Shown: piece after piece, positions 54,813 through 63,983 of the stretch
How positions within the stretch are numbered: position 1 is the first letter of the stretch
How the letters are laid out: every line of letters begins with the position of its first letter
Assembly (NCBI GenBank): GCA_963739515.1
Contig: CAVUAO010000003.1
Span: forward strand, 393,891-457,890
Source: an uncultured Chloroflexia bacterium
Lineage (GTDB): Bacteria; Chloroflexota; Dehalococcoidia; Dehalococcoidales; RBG-16-60-22
DNA length: 64,000 nucleotides
Direction of reading: 5' to 3'
The notes under the pieces: generated by a model
Seen by the model: the letters and a program-made list of their open reading frames with translations, nothing else
Told to the model about the DNA's origin: nothing
Databases searched by the model: none
Made by a program: the position numbers and the translations under genes

Positions 54813-56254
54813 TCAATCGGCACCCGAGAGGTACTGACGGTAGCGGTACAGCGCCGCCAGCGTGGCGATGGCGTCAGCGTCGCCAGCATAGCAGGGGATG
54901 CCGATATCCTGAAAGCCCTGGCGCAGCTCCAGGTAGATTTTCCTATCGCCCAGCGGGCAGACGGCCATAATGGGCTTATCAGGAAAACTCTCCCGGATAT
55001 CTTTAAACAGGGCGGGCACGCTTTTCCCGACCAGCCAGTCGATAGCGCCCAGGATCACTACCGCGGCATCAACGCCGTCATCTTCCAGGACGGCCCGCGT
55101 GGCGGTCCGGTAGGCGGCCTCAAAGCCGCTGGCCTCGATAGCCACCCAGACGTCCACCGGGCTGCGGACGTGCCACCAGTCCGGGTAGACCGCCTTGATT
55201 TTTGCACGGGTGGCGGGGCCAGTTCGGCGATCCTCAGCCCCTGCCGGACGCAGGCATCGACGGCGGTCACGCAGCCGGAGCCGGCCAGGTTGACGATCGC
55301 GACCCGGTTGCCCGCCGGCAGCGGCGCCTGAACGAAGCCCTTCACGACATCCCAGAGCCGCTCGAAACCGGGCACCCGGGTGATGCCCGCCTGCCGGAAA
55401 GCGGCATCATAAATCCGTTCCTCCCCGGCGACCGAGCCGGTATGGGTGGCCGAAGCCGCCGCACCGCCGGCGGTCACCGCCGATTTCAGGATGACGATCG
55501 GCTTGTCTTTGATGATACGCCGGGCCAGCTCCATAAAACGCCCCCCGTTCTTGATGCTCTCCAGATACATCGCGATCACGCGCGTCCCAGAGTCGGCACC
55601 GAAGTACTCGAGCATGTCACTCTCATCGACATCGCATTTATTGCCCAGGCAGGCGATTTTACTGATGCCTATTTCACTATTTATTAAGGGCAGGTAAACC
55701 CCGGTAAAGAGGCCCGTCTGCCCGATGAACCCGACGGTACCCCGCTTGATTTCCCCCTGAGGCAGGAACAGCTTATTGAGGCGGCCCAGACTGGAATCAA
55801 AGCGGGCGTAAGGGTTGATGGTGCCCACACTGTTCGGCCCCATGACCCTTATCCCGGTGGCTTCGGCCGCCCGGGCCAGGCGGCTTTCCATGACCGCCCC
55901 GGACTCGTCCATCTCCCCGAAACCGGCCGATTCGACGATGACGGCCTTGACCCCGGCATTGATGCATTCCTGAAAAGCGGCCAGCACCAGCGCCGGAGGC
56001 AGCACGATAATCCCCAGCTCCACCGCCGCCGGGATTTTTGCCAGGGAGGGGTAGCAGGGCAGGCCCAGGATATGCCCGGCCTGGGGATTGACCGGGTAAA
56101 TTTTGCCCGGGTAGCCCAGCCTTATTAAATTTTCGATGATATTATAACCGCCCTTGCCCGGTTTCCGGGAGGCGCCGACCACGGCGACGCTCTCCGGGGC
56201 GAAGAACGAATTCAGACTTTCCGCGCGGCGATGATTTTCCATCAAACACCTCAA
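54813..56254 (-). pseudogene. ADP-forming acyl-CoA synthetase alpha-type (CoA-binding / succinyl-CoA-synthetase-like) protein; 1-nt deletion near 55211-55218
   Basis: ..FFAPESVAVVGASRKPGKGGYNI.. CoA-binding N-terminus. Track ORFs 55058-56254 and 54813-55157 join as ..RIAELAP|ATRAKIKAVYPDWWHVRSPVDVWVAIEASG.. when one G is restored. Confidence 0.78.
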
Positions 56255-56304
56255 ACAGGGATACTAATAACTTGCGACGATTATACACGGTATCGTGTAA
56301 TTTG

Positions 56305-56547
56305 TCAAGGCTTTTTTTGAGGAGGCGCGGCCTGATATGAGAATTTCGCTCGCTCGGCGATAAAAGTCAGCAGGGTAGCCGAGGCACCGCGCGGCCGGTA
56401 CATCCCGGTCTCCCACTCGCTGATGGTCTGCTGCCGCGTGCCCAGCTGCTCCGAAAGCTCGCGCTGGGTCAGGCCCAGGTGGCGGCGCAAAGCCTGGATA
56501 CTTTGCCCGTCCCATTGTTTTTTCCCGGGGGAGGTCTTCTTGTTCAC
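56305..56547 (-). CDS. XRE-family helix-turn-helix protein
   Basis: 80 aa, ..IQALRRHLGLTQRELSEQLGTRQQTISEWETG.. Confidence 0.75.
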   Translation of the reverse strand: MNKKTSPGKKQWDGQSIQALRRHLGLTQRELSEQLGTRQQTISEWETGMYRPRGASATLLTFIAERAKFSYQAAPPQKKP

Positions 56548-56600
56548 GACCTGATTCTACACGAGGCGGTGAAAAGCGTCAATAGAGAAGCTGTTTTGAT

Positions 56601-56875
56601 ACCTCACCCTCTTAATCCCCCTCTCCTTCTGAGGCAGGGTGAAGGAGAGGGGGAGAGAAAAGAAAGAGGGGCTGGCGCCCCTCTTCGCAGGCTACTCCCT
56701 GCTGGTGGGGGAAACTAAGGGATAAGCCTTTAATGCCGCGAGGGCGGCGAGGGTGGGAATCCTTCGACAGGCTCAGGATGAACGGTAAAAGGGGGAGTTT
56801 GAGGGGGCGAAGCCCCCTCTCAAAACAATTCCCCCTTCCCTTGGCAAGGGAAGGGGGACCAAGGGGGATAGGTTT
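56601..56875. repeat. GC-rich hairpin repeat cluster: module 1 (reverse), 'TTCGACAGGCTCAGGATGAAC' motif, module 2 (forward)
   Basis: 56601-56685 is the reverse complement of module 1. 56801-56873 is GAGGGGGCGAAGCCCCCTC..CCCCCTTCCCTTGGCAAGGGAAGGGGGACCAAGGGGGATAGGT. Track ORFs 56612-57259 and 56733-57770 are translated repeat or antisense. Confidence 0.85.
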
Positions 56876-56885
56876 TATAAACTCC

Positions 56886-59459
56886 TTAGCACTTGGTATA
56901 GCCGCAGGCCGGGCAGTGATAGCAGCCTTCCTGATAGACGAGCATATTAGAGCATTCCGGGCACTGGCCGGCCATGTTCTTGGCCAGGCCGTAATCCTCC
57001 AGACCGGCCTTTTCCCCGGTGTTGACGTGCTTTTCCAGCACGCTGGCAATGGCGTCCGCGCAAGAGAGGATAGACTTGCCGCCCTCCCAGGCGATGGACG
57101 GACAGCGGATGCCGCGCAGTTGCTTGACAATCTGGGCGACATCCACGCCGGAACGCAACGCAGTGGAGATAAGGCGGCAGATGGCTTCCAGCTGGGCGGA
57201 AGCGCAGGCGCCGGCCTTGCCGAGCGTGGAAAAAACCTCAAATATACCTTTATCGTCATAGTTCACGGTGATATAGAGAGAGCCACAGCCAGTGCTGACC
57301 TTGGTGGACGTTCCTTTCGTCTCGGTGGGTCTTTTACGCGGGGTACGGCTGATGGCTTCTTCCGCCGCCTTTTCCTTTTTACCGGTGGTCAACACCTGGC
57401 TATCGCGGCTCCTATCGCGGTAGATGGTAATGCCTTTAAGCCCTTCCTCATAGGCGAGCATATAAGCGCGGGCGACGTCCTCGCGGGTGGCTTCGTGGGG
57501 GAAGTTGACGGTCTTGGAGACGGCGTTATCCGTGGACCTCTGGAAAGCCGCCTGCATTTTCACGTGCCATTCCGGGGTGATTTCGTGGGCGGTGACGAAA
57601 ACCCTCTTGATTTTTTCGGGCACGCCTTTAATATCGCCCAGGTGAGTGCCTTCGGCCAGCTTTTTCATCAGCTCTTCGGAATAGAACCCGCCCTTTTTGG
57701 CGGCCTCTTCGAAATAAGGGTTGACCTCGATGAAAGGCGTGCCGTCGAGGACGGTCTTGGTATAGCTTAAAGCGAAAAGGGGCTCGATGCCGCTGGAGCA
57801 GCCGGCGATCATGCTTAAAGTGCCGGTGGGGGCGATGGTAGTGCGGGTGGCATTGCGGACGCGGGGCCCGTCCGGGACGTCATAGATGCTGTCCTTAAAA
57901 GCGGGGAAAACGCCGCGCTCTTCCGCCAGCTCCACCGATGCAATGGTGGCCTTTTTGTTGATAAAGTCCATGATGTCTTCCGCGACTTCCAGCGCCTCGT
58001 GGGAGTTATAGGGCACGCCGAGCATCACCAGCATATCGGCAAAGCCCATAATGCCCAGACCGATTTTCCGCGTCTTTTTCGTCATTTCCTCGATCTGCGG
58101 CAGCGGGAACTTATTGACATCGATAACGTTATCCAGAAAGCGGACGGCCGTCTTGACCGTCTGCGCCAGCCTGGGGTAATCGATTTCATAGCCGGAGCCT
58201 TTCTTCTTCATCATCCGGGAAAGGTTTATCGAGGCCAGATTACATGATTCGTAGGGGAGGAGGGGCTGCTCGCCGCAGGGATTGGTGCTTTCGATTTTAC
58301 CGAGTTTCGGGGTGGGATTAGCCTCGTTGATGCGGTCGATGAAGACGATACCGGGGTCGCCGGTGCGCCACGCCATATCGACGATTTTATCGAAGACATC
58401 TTTGGCATTGAGCTTACCGACGCTCTCTTTGGTACGCGGATTAATCAGCTCATAGTCGGCGCCGGCTTTAACCGCTTCCATAAATTCGGCGGTCAAAGCC
58501 ACCGAAATATTAAAGTTGGTCAGGGCTTTCATATCCTCTTTAGCGGTGATGAACTTCATGATATCCGGGTGGTCGATGTTCATGATGCCCATATTGGCGC
58601 CGCGCCGGGTACCCCCCTGCTTGGTGACATCAGTGACGGTATCGAAGGCGCGCATGAAAGAAACGGGACCGCTGGCCACGCCGCCGGTAGAGCCGACGAC
58701 GTCGTTTTCCGGGCGGAGACGGGAGAAAGAGAAGCCGGTGCCACCGCCGCTCTTGTGGATGAGGGCGGTATATTTCACGGCGTCGAAAATCGACTCCATG
58801 GAATCGTCGACGGGGAGGACGAAGCAGGCGGAAAGCTGTCCCAGCTTTTTACCCGCATTCATCAGGGTGGGAGAATTGGGGAGGAACTCCAACCCAGACA
58901 TCAGCTTGAAAAACTCATCTTCAACGGCCTTGACATCGGCCTTGGGACGATAAATAATCTCCGCGGCGGCAATCGCTTTCGCTACCCGGCGGAACATCTG
59001 CTCCGGCGTTTCCGTCACCTTGCCATGGTCATCTCTGAGCAGATAACGCTTTTCCAGCACCTGCAAAGCCGTATCAGTCAGGCCGTTGGCGGATATTGAT
59101 TCCTGCGGGGTTTTGGCCTCGGTTCCGGTATCCATTTTGGTTATTTCCTCCTCTGGCGGCGCTGGTTTTTCGGCATTTAAAACTTCCATGACCATGGCTT
59201 CTATTTCCGCCTCGGTGGGCAGGCGGCCGCGGAAGGTCTGGCGGGTATGCTTGTCCACCATTTCCTCCATGCCCGGCAGGGTCGGGACGAAAGACGCCTG
59301 GGCCTTTTCAAGTCGCTCGATGACCTGGCCCGTCAGCTTCTCGACAAGCTGGCGGTCGCGGATGCCCATGGCGGCAGCATTATCGAAGACAATGCGGGCG
59401 ATCTGGCTGCGATTGATGGGGGAAGACTTATTTTTCCCCGCGTGATTGCCGGTGCTCAT
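56886..59459 (-). CDS. nrdJ: Adenosylcobalamin-dependent (class II) ribonucleotide reductase
   Basis: 857 aa. ..NPCGEQPLLPYESCNL.. active-site region. C-terminal zinc ribbon CPECSNMLVYQEGCYHCPACG. The start overlaps the nrdR stop (ATGA). Confidence 0.9.
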   Translation of the reverse strand: MSTGNHAGKNKSSPINRSQIARIVFDNAAAMGIRDRQLVEKLTGQVIERLEKAQASFVPTLPGMEEMVDKHTRQTFRGRLPTEAEIEAMVMEVLNAEKPAPPEEEITKMDTGTEAKTPQESISANGLTDTALQVLEKRYLLRDDHGKVTETPEQMFRRVAKAIAAAEIIYRPKADVKAVEDEFFKLMSGLEFLPNSPTLMNAGKKLGQLSACFVLPVDDSMESIFDAVKYTALIHKSGGGTGFSFSRLRPENDVVGSTGGVASGPVSFMRAFDTVTDVTKQGGTRRGANMGIMNIDHPDIMKFITAKEDMKALTNFNISVALTAEFMEAVKAGADYELINPRTKESVGKLNAKDVFDKIVDMAWRTGDPGIVFIDRINEANPTPKLGKIESTNPCGEQPLLPYESCNLASINLSRMMKKKGSGYEIDYPRLAQTVKTAVRFLDNVIDVNKFPLPQIEEMTKKTRKIGLGIMGFADMLVMLGVPYNSHEALEVAEDIMDFINKKATIASVELAEERGVFPAFKDSIYDVPDGPRVRNATRTTIAPTGTLSMIAGCSSGIEPLFALSYTKTVLDGTPFIEVNPYFEEAAKKGGFYSEELMKKLAEGTHLGDIKGVPEKIKRVFVTAHEITPEWHVKMQAAFQRSTDNAVSKTVNFPHEATREDVARAYMLAYEEGLKGITIYRDRSRDSQVLTTGKKEKAAEEAISRTPRKRPTETKGTSTKVSTGCGSLYITVNYDDKGIFEVFSTLGKAGACASAQLEAICRLISTALRSGVDVAQIVKQLRGIRCPSIAWEGGKSILSCADAIASVLEKHVNTGEKAGLEDYGLAKNMAGQCPECSNMLVYQEGCYHCPACGYTKC

Positions 59460-59989
59460 CGCCGCGACCTCCGCTGAGTTTTAGTCTGCACCGGCAACTC
59501 TTCCACCGGGAGCAAAGGAAGCTGGTCGGCGGGGGGCTTGGGGGCATGGCCGGCCAAGCTATCGACTTCCTGCTTTAGAGTGGTGATATCAGCGAACTCA
59601 CGGTAGACGCTGGCGAAGCGGATATAGGCAATCTGGTCCAGGCTCTTCAAACGCTCCATAACTATATCGCCGATATGCGCGCTGGGTATTTCCGGTCGGC
59701 CGGTCTGGTAAAGTTGAGCCTCGATTTCATCGACAAGCTCAACCACAGCGCCACTGGCCAGGGGCCTTTTATCACAGGCTTTGCGGATGCCCGCGAGCAG
59801 CTTTTCGCGGTCGAACTCCTCGCGCCTCCCATCCTTTTTAATGACAAAGAGACTGGCGCGCTCGAAGCGCTCGTAGGTGGTGAAACGAGAATCGCAACGC
59901 AGACACTGGCGCCGGCGGCGGATGCCGTCGTTAACGTCACGCGAGTCAATCACCTTCGAATCGATATAGCCGCAATAGGGGCAGTTCAT
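59456..59989 (-). CDS. nrdR: Transcriptional repressor NrdR
   Basis: MNCPYCGYIDSKVIDSR..RRRRQCLRCDSRFTTYE zinc ribbon plus an ATP-cone. I use ATG 59989 rather than the track start 60004. Confidence 0.9.
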   Translation of the reverse strand: MNCPYCGYIDSKVIDSRDVNDGIRRRRQCLRCDSRFTTYERFERASLFVIKKDGRREEFDREKLLAGIRKACDKRPLASGAVVELVDEIEAQLYQTGRPEIPSAHIGDIVMERLKSLDQIAYIRFASVYREFADITTLKQEVDSLAGHAPKPPADQLPLLPVEELPVQTKTQRRSRR

Positions 59990-60024
59990 GGGCCTTCTCC
60001 ACATCCTGTGGTGTCAAGGCTTAT

Positions 60025-60053
60025 AAGTTACCACAATATATTGTGCTTGTCAA
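60025..60053 (-). promoter_or_regulatory. Sigma70-like promoter of the nrdR-nrdJ operon
   Basis: On the minus strand: TTGACA (60053-60048), 17-nt spacer, TAACTT (60030-60025). The spacer contains the NrdR box. Confidence 0.5.
60032..60045 (-). promoter_or_regulatory. NrdR box
   Basis: CACAATATATTGTG is a perfect 14-bp palindrome matching the NrdR-box core (acaCwAtATaTwGtgt). A weaker second palindrome, CCACATCCTGTGG, lies at 59999-60011, ~33 bp away centre to centre. Confidence 0.7.
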
Positions 60054-60120
60054 TAGGTTTTCACGTGTGGATGTTAATGATTTTTTAATTATTTACATTT
60101 TTGTTACTTTTACCTAATTT

Positions 60121-60280
60121 CCTCACCCCTGCCCCTCTCCAGCCTGCAGCATTCGACAGACCGTTGTTCACCTAGCTGGAGAGGGGTGTAATATTGAGAG
60201 GGGCTAGCGCCCCTCTCGGCAGGCTACTCCCTTTTAATGTAGGGGCGAATACGAGGGGTTACGACCCCTCTTAGACGCCT
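60121..60280 (+). repeat. GC-rich hairpin repeat cluster
   Basis: CCCCTCTCCAGC..(30-nt loop with TTCGACAGACCGTTGTTCAC)..GCTGGAGAGGGG. Then GAGAGGGGCTAGCGCCCCTCTCGGCAGGCTACTCCCT and GAGGGGTTACGACCCCTCTTAGACGCC. Confidence 0.8.
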
Positions 60281-60329
60281 CGATTTTTGGTCTTTACCTT
60301 ATATTATCCATGGGATATGATGATACTGT

Positions 60330-61646
60330 ATGAATTACCAGCAGTCCCTGGAATATCTCCTAAAGTTCGCCGACTACGAGCGGGTTTCACGGGCGGGAAT
60401 CGTCTGGGACCTGAAGCGCATCGAGAGGCTGCTGGCCAGGCTGGGTGACCCGCAAAACCAGGCGAGGTCGGTGCACGTGGCGGGGACAAAGGGAAAAGGG
60501 AGCACGTCGGCGATGATAGCCTCGGTGCTGAAAAGCGCGGGATATAAGGTCGGGCTTTATACGTCACCACACCTGTTGTCGTATACCGAACGGATACGGG
60601 TGAACGGCCAGCCCATCGCCGAGGCGGACTGGGCCAAGCTGACCGAAATCATCCAGCCGCACGTCGAGGCGGAGAACCGCACAGGCGACCTGGGGCAACT
60701 GACGACCTTCGAGATATTCACGGCGATGGCCTTTCTCCACTTCCGGCAGGTGAAAGCGGACTGGCAAGTGCTCGAGGTGGGGCTGGGGGGGAGGCTCGAC
60801 GCGACGAACGTCGTAAAACCGCAGGTGTGCGTCATCACGTCCATCAGCTACGATCACATGGACGTGCTCGGGGATACGTTAGCCAAGATAGCCGGGGAGA
60901 AGGCGGGGATTATAAAGAGCGGGGCGGACGTCGTGAGCGCGCCGCAGTTCCCGGAGGCTTTAGAAGTCATCGAGAGAGTCTGCCGGGAGAAAGGCGTCCG
61001 CCTGATAAAGGTCGGGGAGGACGTCACGTGGGAAGCGGGCGAGTTCGACGTTGAGGGACAGTATTTCCGCGTGAAGGGTCGGAAAGGAGAATACGACCTG
61101 TGGATACCCCTGCTCGGGGAGCACCAGCTCGAGAACGCCTCGAACGCGGTCGCGGCTGTCGAGCTCATAACCGAAAGGGGCGCCGTCATCAAACCGGAGG
61201 CCATCGTCGAAGGGCTGGGGTCGGTCGACTGGCCGGGACGTCTGCAGGTGCTCGGGAAGGAGCCGTGGGTGGTCGTCGACGGGGCGCATAACGCCTACTC
61301 GATACAAAAGCTCGGGGAGGCGCTGGAGCGGTATTTCCGGTTCGAGAAGCTGACGCTGATACTCGGGTTCGGGAACGACAAGGACGTGGCCGGGATGGCG
61401 CGGGAAGCGGCAGAGATAACGGGGTACATCATCCTCGTGGCGTCCAAGCACCCCAAGGCGATAAAGCCGGAGGCGCTAAAGGCGGAGTTCCAGAAGCACG
61501 GGGTGACGCCGCGGGTGGTGGACTCGGTGAAGGAGGCGGTGAAGCTGGCGCTGGAGGGGGCGGGGGACAACGACCTGGTGTGCGCGGCGGGGAGCATCTT
61601 TGTGATTGCCGAGGTGCTGGAGTACTTCGGGCAAACGAGTAGTTAG
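60330..61646 (+). CDS. folC: Folylpolyglutamate synthase / dihydrofolate synthase
   Basis: 438 aa with the Mur-ligase P-loop VAGTKGKGST and ..ITSISYDHMDVLG.. Confidence 0.88.
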   Translation: MNYQQSLEYLLKFADYERVSRAGIVWDLKRIERLLARLGDPQNQARSVHVAGTKGKGSTSAMIASVLKSAGYKVGLYTSPHLLSYTERIRVNGQPIAEADWAKLTEIIQPHVEAENRTGDLGQLTTFEIFTAMAFLHFRQVKADWQVLEVGLGGRLDATNVVKPQVCVITSISYDHMDVLGDTLAKIAGEKAGIIKSGADVVSAPQFPEALEVIERVCREKGVRLIKVGEDVTWEAGEFDVEGQYFRVKGRKGEYDLWIPLLGEHQLENASNAVAAVELITERGAVIKPEAIVEGLGSVDWPGRLQVLGKEPWVVVDGAHNAYSIQKLGEALERYFRFEKLTLILGFGNDKDVAGMAREAAEITGYIILVASKHPKAIKPEALKAEFQKHGVTPRVVDSVKEAVKLALEGAGDNDLVCAAGSIFVIAEVLEYFGQTSS

Positions 61647-61667
61647 TAATTAGTAGTTAGTAATTAG
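61640..61667. repeat. Heptamer-spaced TAG array (14-bp unit TAGTTAGTAATTAG x2)
   Basis: TAGTTAG TAATTAG TAGTTAG TAATTAG. It begins within the last codons of folC and includes its TAG stop. Confidence 0.7.
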
Positions 61668-61675
61668 GAATTTTA

Positions 61676-61801
61676 ATATTCGTTTTTGAAGATTTTTTTT
61701 GGTGTTTCTCACGATGAAATAGCTTCAGTATTCGTTTTTAGATTATGTAAAACCCAGCTTCACAACCGGGGTATTCGTTATTCGTTTTATGTTAAGCCGG
61801 G
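61676..61801 (+). repeat. AT-rich element made of ~45-bp units (family 'ATTCGTTTTT..AGCTTCA'), 3 units
   Basis: ATATTCGTTTTTGAAGATTTTTTTTGG..ATAGCTTCA, then GTATTCGTTTTTAGATTATGTAAAACCCAGCTTCA, then TATTCGTTATTCGTTTTATGTTAAGCCGGG. Confidence 0.8.
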
Positions 61802-61836
61802 AAGAAAGAAGGGGAAAAGGGGCGGGGGGTATTCCA

Positions 61837-61864
61837 TTGACAATCAACTATTAAAATATATAAT
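61837..61864 (+). promoter_or_regulatory. Near-consensus sigma70 promoter at the left edge of the terminal AT-rich islet
   Basis: TTGACA (61837-61842), 16-nt spacer, TATAAT (61859-61864), ~35 nt upstream of ATG 61900. Confidence 0.55.
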
Positions 61865-61899
61865 TAATATAGTTATGTAAATAATTAAAGAGAAGATCA

Positions 61900-63201
61900 A
61901 TGGCCCTTGAATTCATCGGTGATGCAATAAGTTTAAGTGGCTTGACAGGTTCAAAAGTCAAGTGTGACATAATAAGGCAATATTACCCACTTTGGTGGAA
62001 TATAACATCTGGCGGAGATGTAAAAAACCACGAGTGGCCAACAGCAATCGTTGAACTTGATGCTGCAACGGGCGAAGTATTTATTGAAGACACCCAGACA
62101 ACTATTTTAGGTTCATCAGGTCATACACTAGAGCTAAAATGTAACAATCCGTATACTAAGAATTTAAAAATAATTCTAGTTGAAAAAGACCCTCAGTGTT
62201 TTATTCATTTAAAAAATGTGATAAATAGACGTTGGAAAAATGTTGATATTAAGATGGCGGAAGGACCAATAAATAAAAATAACTCCAATATTTACTTGCT
62301 TAATAAAAATCTTGAAGATGCTCTCAATCAAATAGAAAATATTCAACTTGGTAATTCTCTTTTCTTTTTTGATCCTTTAAGAAGTGTTGAATATAGCGTA
62401 ATTGAGAAAGTAGCTAAAAAGAGGATAACGACATATTATAGGCCTGGTACGGAATTTATAATTTTCGTTTTTACTTCTGATTGGTTTTTAGGCAGAAACG
62501 ATTTTTCAGGTTTACCTTCTGAAGTAAATTCAAATATTTGGTCAGCAGATGAAAATAAATCAGTACTAGAAGCTGATGCACTTTTTGGAGACACTAATTG
62601 GCGAGATCAGATATTAACGAAAGACTCAATACATGAGAAAGAAATCAAACTAGTAGAAAATTATAGAGAAAGATTACATAAATGGTTTAGATACGTACTT
62701 CCGATGCCCTTTAGTCCAAAAGAAAGGCAAATATTCCATCTCATATTATGTTCTAACTATGAAATCGGTGTAAGAGCTACAAGAAGTTTTTATTCAAATA
62801 TAATGAATAATCCAAAATATTTACCCGATAACACCTCTGCCTTCAGGTATTTTAAAAATCAACATCCAGAATTATTCATTGGATTATCCGGGGCTCAAAG
62901 GCCAGCACACTGGAAAATTCTTTGGGATATTATTTCCGAACATGAAGAAGGTGTCTGCGACCGTTTATGTCGTTCTTTTGAAAAAATTGTAACAGATGAA
63001 GGAAAAAGACAAAGAATTCTTGATTGGCTTGAAGAAAAAGGCTATTTGATTAACAAAGGAAATGCCAATGTTTGGAGAGTTCAAATTCCGCAATACAGAC
63101 TAGATTGGGGATCGTTAAAAAACAAGATGAATATCAGCCCTCCCAAGCCTTTTGAACCATTATCTTTACGTCCATTACCTCTAAAGGACATTAACGAATG
63201 A
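61900..63201 (+). CDS. TcmP-like ('three-Cys-motif partner protein'-like) protein, AT-rich islet
   Basis: 433 aa. The ordered motifs GSKVKCDIIRQYYPLWWNI, AIVELDAATGE, LKIILVEKDPQCFIHLKN, LFFFDPLRS and EFIIFVFTSDW match my memory of the TcmP layout (K..i..Y...w / DlFAG-G / E.d...f..L / FiDPfG). A C-terminal wHTH-like region (ILDWLEEKGYLINKG) follows. Not verified by search. Confidence 0.4.
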   Translation: MALEFIGDAISLSGLTGSKVKCDIIRQYYPLWWNITSGGDVKNHEWPTAIVELDAATGEVFIEDTQTTILGSSGHTLELKCNNPYTKNLKIILVEKDPQCFIHLKNVINRRWKNVDIKMAEGPINKNNSNIYLLNKNLEDALNQIENIQLGNSLFFFDPLRSVEYSVIEKVAKKRITTYYRPGTEFIIFVFTSDWFLGRNDFSGLPSEVNSNIWSADENKSVLEADALFGDTNWRDQILTKDSIHEKEIKLVENYRERLHKWFRYVLPMPFSPKERQIFHLILCSNYEIGVRATRSFYSNIMNNPKYLPDNTSAFRYFKNQHPELFIGLSGAQRPAHWKILWDIISEHEEGVCDRLCRSFEKIVTDEGKRQRILDWLEEKGYLINKGNANVWRVQIPQYRLDWGSLKNKMNISPPKPFEPLSLRPLPLKDINE

Positions 63202-63983
63202 TAAATTCATCTTTAATAAAAGGCAATAAAAAGAAGACAACATCGGGCACGAAAGAATGGGCTGATTATAATGTTAATTGTATTAAAGGTTGCTCAAACG
63301 ATTGTCGCTATTGCTACGCAAAAATAATGGCAAAACGTTTTGGCAGAACTACGGATAAAAGTTGGAAAATATTAGAAATTAATAAAAAGATAGTGGAGGG
63401 TTCTTTTAGAAAATATAACGGCAGAGTAATGTTCCCAAGTACTCACGATATATTAGATACCCCAGAATCCAGAGAAGCATGCTTTACCGTAATTCAAAAA
63501 TTATTGGAAACTGGTAATGATATATTAATAACAACAAAACCAAAGTTGAATATTATTAAAGATATAACTCGTCTTTTCTCTAAATATAGCCCTCAAATTC
63601 AATTTAGATTTACAATAACATCTATCAATGATAGCCTTTTGCTTTTTTGGGAACCAAACGCTCCTCTCTTTCAAGAACGTTTTTATTCCTTAAAATACGC
63701 ATTTAAAAAGGGGTATAAAACAAGCGTGTCCATTGAGCCCTTTTTAGACAATCATCCAGGAAAACTCGTAAATACCATTTATCCTTTCACGACTGAATCA
63801 ATTTGGCTTGGTATTATGAATTACATTCCTCAAAATGGAATAAATGAAGTAGATAAACAAAAATACCTAGATATTAGAGAGAATTACGAATTAAACCATT
63901 TAAAAAGTGTATATTCTGAATTTAACAACTACCCTAAAATTAGATTTAAAGATAGTATTAAACTTAAGTTAGGTTTGTTATAA
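63198..63983 (+). CDS. Radical-SAM-like protein, SplB/COG1533-like (Cys triad CxxxCxxC)
   Basis: 261 aa. ..NCIKGCSNDCRYCYAKIMAKRF.. carries CX3CX2C followed by YA, as in SPL-like 'DNA repair photolyase' radical SAM proteins. ..ILITTKPKLNIIKDI.. resembles their TKS..v.RD motif. The start overlaps the upstream stop (ATGA). Confidence 0.55.
   Translation: MINSSLIKGNKKKTTSGTKEWADYNVNCIKGCSNDCRYCYAKIMAKRFGRTTDKSWKILEINKKIVEGSFRKYNGRVMFPSTHDILDTPESREACFTVIQKLLETGNDILITTKPKLNIIKDITRLFSKYSPQIQFRFTITSINDSLLLFWEPNAPLFQERFYSLKYAFKKGYKTSVSIEPFLDNHPGKLVNTIYPFTTESIWLGIMNYIPQNGINEVDKQKYLDIRENYELNHLKSVYSEFNNYPKIRFKDSIKLKLGLL

Noticed and set aside
56612-57259. 215-aa minus-strand ORF spanning the repeat field and the 3' end of nrdJ.
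   Set aside because: It overlaps nrdJ out of frame. Its remainder translates hairpin cassettes (..PFILSLSKDSHPRRP.., ..FSPPLLHPASEGEGD), a typical repeat-derived spurious peptide.
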